The notes beneath the pieces are model-generated. The model was given only the letters and a program-made list of their open reading frames with translations. It had not been told where the DNA came from and ran no database searches. Position numbers and translations under genes: made by a program. Below, one piece after another: positions 60,566 through 64,000 of a stretch of DNA of 64,000 nt (positions are counted from its first letter, which is position 1; each line of letters starts with the position of its first letter). The stretch comes from a virus (lineage: Duplodnaviria > Caudoviricetes). The stretch is from the IMG/VR virus record IMGVR_UViG_3300029928_000006, positions 26,075 to 90,074 of that record. The stretch is one strand, 5' to 3'.

Positions 60566-61060
60566 TTATTCCTCCGTCTTTGTTACTTTAATATTTATAC
60601 TTGGACTAGCTGACTCTATGATCTTTACATGTTTACCATTCATAATTGTGTCAATAGTTTTTGTATTTGGCACATCAGGTATTGGGCGTGTTTCTGACAC
60701 GTCTGGTAGATTCAAATAAATTCGCTTATTGTTCTCAAACTCAGCGGCTATACTCATCTTCGTAATCGGATCGTGGTTCTTTTGCAGGACGCTCACAATA
60801 TCCGGCAATATCTTTTCAGGTATTGCAAAGAAAGCTGAATCTTGCTTACGCCACTGATTTTCACTACGTTGATAAGCCATAACGTCTTCAACGCTTTCAA
60901 AAGTTGGGTTGTCAACTTCTGCTAACGTTTTCTTGATTAGAATAGAATCTTCATGTAGGATTTCTCCTTTGAATTTCTGTTTTAAATTACATGACCCTAA
61001 AGTTAGGATCGCCATAAGTGCAATAAGGAATACACTCGAAATCTTAAATAATCTCTTCAT
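60566..61060 (-). CDS. Putative lipoprotein, 164 aa
   Basis: Signal peptide with lipobox ...LMAILTLGS-C. Confidence 0.7.
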   Translation of the reverse strand: MKRLFKISSVFLIALMAILTLGSCNLKQKFKGEILHEDSILIKKTLAEVDNPTFESVEDVMAYQRSENQWRKQDSAFFAIPEKILPDIVSVLQKNHDPITKMSIAAEFENNKRIYLNLPDVSETRPIPDVPNTKTIDTIMNGKHVKIIESASPSINIKVTKTEE

Positions 61061-61170
61061 TTTGATAATTTTTAGAGATTTAACAATGTTAATTAAGCCC
61101 TATTAAGCTCAAGGAATTGCACTAGTCTTTGCTAGTAGTCATTGAATGTGCGAATAAATCACAGGAAGTG

Positions 61171-61243
61171 TGATACATATGAGACTCGAACTCATGGCCC
61201 CTAGATTAAAAATCTATTGCTCTACCAACTGAGCTAATGTATC
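61171..61243 (-). tRNA. trnK: tRNA-Lys(UUU)
   Basis: Full cloverleaf: GATACAT/ATGTATC, GCTC/GAGC, loop TT-TTT-AA and ATGAG-TTCGAGT-CTCAT. Confidence 0.85.
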
Positions 61244-61338
61244 ATATTCTGCCTATCTTCACAGACTAGCAGAATCCTCATTATGAGTAAAATAAACAAA
61301 AGTAAAAAAGAACGCTTTAATTTCACAACTTTGACTAG

Positions 61339-61380
61339 TGATTATATGTAGACTCGAACTACTTTGTAGGCCAGATAATC
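61339..61380 (-). ncRNA. Mini tRNA-like element E
   Basis: GATTAT-CTGGCCTACAAA-GTAG-TTCGAGT-CTAC-AT-ATAATC-A. Confidence 0.45.
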
Positions 61381-61436
61381 TTTTATCTTCCTAATAAATC
61401 TTGGGGACGGTTTGATACCGCCCCCTTGAAATTCAA

Positions 61437-61691
61437 CTACGTATTATAATCTTTCGTAATCTCACACCACGAAAAATATAACCATAACAACGCTAATAAT
61501 AACGCTGTAATTATCCATACTATTATTATAGCTATACTAAATACGCTAATAGAATGGAATGGATCACAACAAGATTTAATAAAGTCAAATAGCACATATA
61601 CAAATATGATTATAGCTATTAGACTAAGACACAAGTTTGAAGTTTTACTCATGATCGTATAATGTTTGAGTTTTATTGAAATTTTCTTCAC
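61437..61691 (-). CDS. Small two-TM membrane protein, ends at TAG
   Basis: Two strongly hydrophobic segments. Confidence 0.55.
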   Translation of the reverse strand: MKKISIKLKHYTIMSKTSNLCLSLIAIIIFVYVLFDFIKSCCDPFHSISVFSIAIIIVWIITALLLALLWLYFSWCEITKDYNT

Positions 61692-61917
61692 TTACGAAAT
61701 AAGGTTCGTTAGTTTCAGAAACATATTCCTTTGTAGCTCCGATTTCATATTCGTTCTTAGAAAGAATACATATATCAAAACTATTTGCTTCTTCAAAGTT
61801 TAATAGTTCGATATTGTTATCATCACAGATCTTTTTGAGTTTCTTGGCATCTTTATGAAATCTTCTTAATTCTAACTCATGATCGGACATTTGTCCATTT
61901 TTTCTTCGTTTTGCCAT
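61645..61917 (-). CDS. Hypothetical protein, 90 aa
   Basis: ATG to TAA. Confidence 0.6.
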   Translation of the reverse strand: MAKRRKNGQMSDHELELRRFHKDAKKLKKICDDNNIELLNFEEANSFDICILSKNEYEIGATKEYVSETNEPYFVSEENFNKTQTLYDHE

Positions 61918-61939
61918 AATTACTTTTAAAAGCTGATAA

Positions 61940-62707
61940 TTAATCTGCTACTCCGTATGCTTTAGGCAGCTTCTTGACAATATTGCCACCATAAGCATTC
62001 TTGGTTAGCTCTACAAACTCTCTCACTGTAGTCTTATCATCAAGAGATAATCCTTTGCTACTAACAAAGGATCCTCTACCCATGCGACAACTACCAGTAA
62101 GTACATGATGATAAACAAATAAATCTCTGTTATTATACTTTGTGTCGTAAGATGGAAATTTCCTCTTAAATGCTTCAATTCGATCTTTCTCTGTACTATC
62201 ATCATATAGCTTTTCTTGCAACGACATAAAAGCATCATGCAAAGTATTTCCATGTGCAAATTTGTTATTCTCCTTAACAATATAGCAAGGTACTAGCTTT
62301 GTGTTTTTCTCCAGGATAAAGCCTTGTGCCATATTCCCTCGGATTGATGTAATGATTGTTTCTATGTCATCTACGTTGTAAACGGTATGCCCATTTATTT
62401 CTTTAATTCCACAGCCATCGCCACTTCCATCACCACTGCCATAGCTACCGCTATTGCTACCGCCATTGCCATAACCACAGCCACTGCCATAACCACAGCC
62501 ACCGCCACCGCCATAACCACTGCCATAGCCACCGCCATAACCACTGCCATAGCCACCGCCATGGCTACTTCCATTGCCATAGCCATAACCATCGTCATAA
62601 CCATTGCCATAGCCATAACCACTGCCATGACCATAACCCTTGTCGTTGTCGTAACCAATATCTAAGGCAAGAAAAGCTCTAATCTTTTCATCTGTTAATA
62701 CTTCCAT
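61940..62707 (-). CDS. Gly-Tyr repeat protein, 255 aa
   Basis: About 80 residues of GYGxG/GSGDG repeats followed by a globular domain. Confidence 0.75.
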   Translation of the reverse strand: MEVLTDEKIRAFLALDIGYDNDKGYGHGSGYGYGNGYDDGYGYGNGSSHGGGYGSGYGGGYGSGYGGGGGCGYGSGCGYGNGGSNSGSYGSGDGSGDGCGIKEINGHTVYNVDDIETIITSIRGNMAQGFILEKNTKLVPCYIVKENNKFAHGNTLHDAFMSLQEKLYDDSTEKDRIEAFKRKFPSYDTKYNNRDLFVYHHVLTGSCRMGRGSFVSSKGLSLDDKTTVREFVELTKNAYGGNIVKKLPKAYGVAD

Positions 62708-63012
62708 ACTTTCTGGCCCTCCAAATTAGTAATTGCTTTGCTTGTGCAAGGAATTATTTGGCAACAACGGTTAAGTACCATTGATTCAACAATAGGGCTA
62801 ACATTCCCACCTTGGATACCGTCATTAGCAACTTGAGAAAGGCAGGATGCACCATTCCATCGCCAGATGTTACGTACGTTCTCTACTCGTACAGTCTCAC
62901 CTTTAATGTTGGTTACTGTACCAAAATACACACCAGCATCGCAGCTTCTTACGACGCACTTCTTACCTAATATGTCTTTATACATATCTTTATTTTCTTC
63001 TTCCATAATCAT
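62695..63012 (-). CDS. Hypothetical protein (DUF6948-like), ~105 aa
   Basis: KKCVVRSCDAGVYFG...NVRNIWRWNGASCLSQVANDGI; family call is from memory of the motif. Confidence 0.6.
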   Translation of the reverse strand: MIMEEENKDMYKDILGKKCVVRSCDAGVYFGTVTNIKGETVRVENVRNIWRWNGASCLSQVANDGIQGGNVSPIVESMVLNRCCQIIPCTSKAITNLEGQKVWKY

Positions 63013-63013
63013 G

Positions 63014-63202
63014 TTAGGGTTTAATGAAAATTATGTTGTTTTCGGTGCATTGGATAATATCTTTTTTATACCTCGAATCTTTTACTCTAAGACATGAGAA
63101 TGGGCTATCAAAGATACACCCTTTGCAACCGAATTGACGTTTAGCCCTAACATTGATGCCGTTGAATTTGTATATTCTGCCAGGACTAAGGTTCTTGTAC
63201 AT
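63014..63202 (-). CDS. Small Cys-containing protein, 62 aa
   Basis: GCKGCIF...C...C motif. Confidence 0.55.
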   Translation of the reverse strand: MYKNLSPGRIYKFNGINVRAKRQFGCKGCIFDSPFSCLRVKDSRYKKDIIQCTENNIIFIKP

Positions 63203-63615
63203 TATAATTTGTATGAAAATGTTAATTTTATCATTGGTAGTTTATCTTTAGAAGATATAACCCTCTCTACAGAGCACAAAGCATAAGTTACTCTTAGACT
63301 TGATTCCCTGTCTATAAAAGTAATGAACTCTGGATTGTTCAAGAATGCTTTATTATACGCTACTGTTGGCTTATGATAAAAGGTGATACACGATGTAGAG
63401 TTTAACATTTGGAACTCTTTCCTCGATACAATGATCTTAGAAAGAGATGTTTTCTCCAGTTTACCAGCTTTTATAAGGTATTCGTTTTTCGTAACTAACC
63501 CAAAGCCAGAATAACAGCCATCTGCCATTCTGTCCATTATCATAACAGGTTCACCAACTACTACGCCACTCTCTGTTTTTCTACGAGCTATGTCGTATTT
63601 ATTGAATTTTCTCAT
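63202..63615 (-). CDS. Hypothetical protein, 137 aa
   Basis: ATG to TAA with overlapping neighbours. Confidence 0.6.
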   Translation of the reverse strand: MRKFNKYDIARRKTESGVVVGEPVMIMDRMADGCYSGFGLVTKNEYLIKAGKLEKTSLSKIIVSRKEFQMLNSTSCITFYHKPTVAYNKAFLNNPEFITFIDRESSLRVTYALCSVERVISSKDKLPMIKLTFSYKL

Positions 63616-63992
63616 TTTGGAACAAATTTAATTTTATAACGTACAATTGAAGATATAACACCATTTCTTAGTCTGATACCAAGAGTTGGCTTAACAGAGA
63701 ATTGCTTGCACATATTGATGTAATCGACAACACTCTTTGAGATTGGTATAATCTCTGAGAATCCTGCCTTTTGATCGCTATATACAGCGTAGAACTTAGT
63801 AGACTTACCACTAGATGTTGGTTTTTCAACAATCTTTTGGATACATTCTACTTTACAAACCATAGTGTCAACTTTAACTGGGTTCCCTGCATGACACTTT
63901 GCAGTAACAAATAGCATCAATGTTATAATAACAAGAGCTATAACCCAACCAGTCCATTGATTGTCTGGTTTTTCATACAATTTAACCGCCAT
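63612..63992 (-). CDS. Membrane-anchored hypothetical protein, 126 aa
   Basis: N-terminal hydrophobic helix WVIALVIITLMLFVTA. Confidence 0.6.
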   Translation of the reverse strand: MAVKLYEKPDNQWTGWVIALVIITLMLFVTAKCHAGNPVKVDTMVCKVECIQKIVEKPTSSGKSTKFYAVYSDQKAGFSEIIPISKSVVDYINMCKQFSVKPTLGIRLRNGVISSIVRYKIKFVPK

Positions 63993-64000
63993 GATTTTCA

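Noticed and set aside
62387-62665. Val/Met/Ala-rich and Thr/Ala/Ile-rich ORFs
   Set aside because: Alternative-frame artefacts of the Gly-Tyr repeat.

Overview
This window is about 64 kb of a crAss-like (Crassvirales) phage genome, most likely infecting a Bacteroidota host; the family is not assignable from sequence alone. It has two convergent arms meeting at a bidirectional terminator near 38.6 kb. The plus-strand arm (31-38531) encodes tail, lysis, cargo and virion RNA polymerase genes and only reads through if TAG = Gln, so the supplied ORF track fragments it. With TAG read as Gln it yields 17 genes plus an intron-encoded endonuclease, including a ~5,134-aa RNAP-containing polyprotein split by a group I intron inside its catalytic DFDID motif. 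The minus-strand arm (38623-63992) encodes replication and early genes (PolB, DnaB, DnaG, AAA ATPases, nucleases, an ECF sigma factor) and appears to use the standard code, with several genes ending at TAG. The most unusual items are: a circularly permuted tmRNA gene with tag DNANNIVDYTHVA; five miniature tRNA-like elements with only acceptor and T arms; a tRNA-like gene with a 13-nt anticodon loop; shared motifs linking these ncRNA loci; a ~1.6 kb ORF-poor structured region; and a DGR whose VR/TR pair persists while the reverse transcriptase is reduced to a 21-codon stub. Capsid, portal, terminase and an amber-suppressor tRNA were not found in this window. All family calls come from motif recognition, not database searches.
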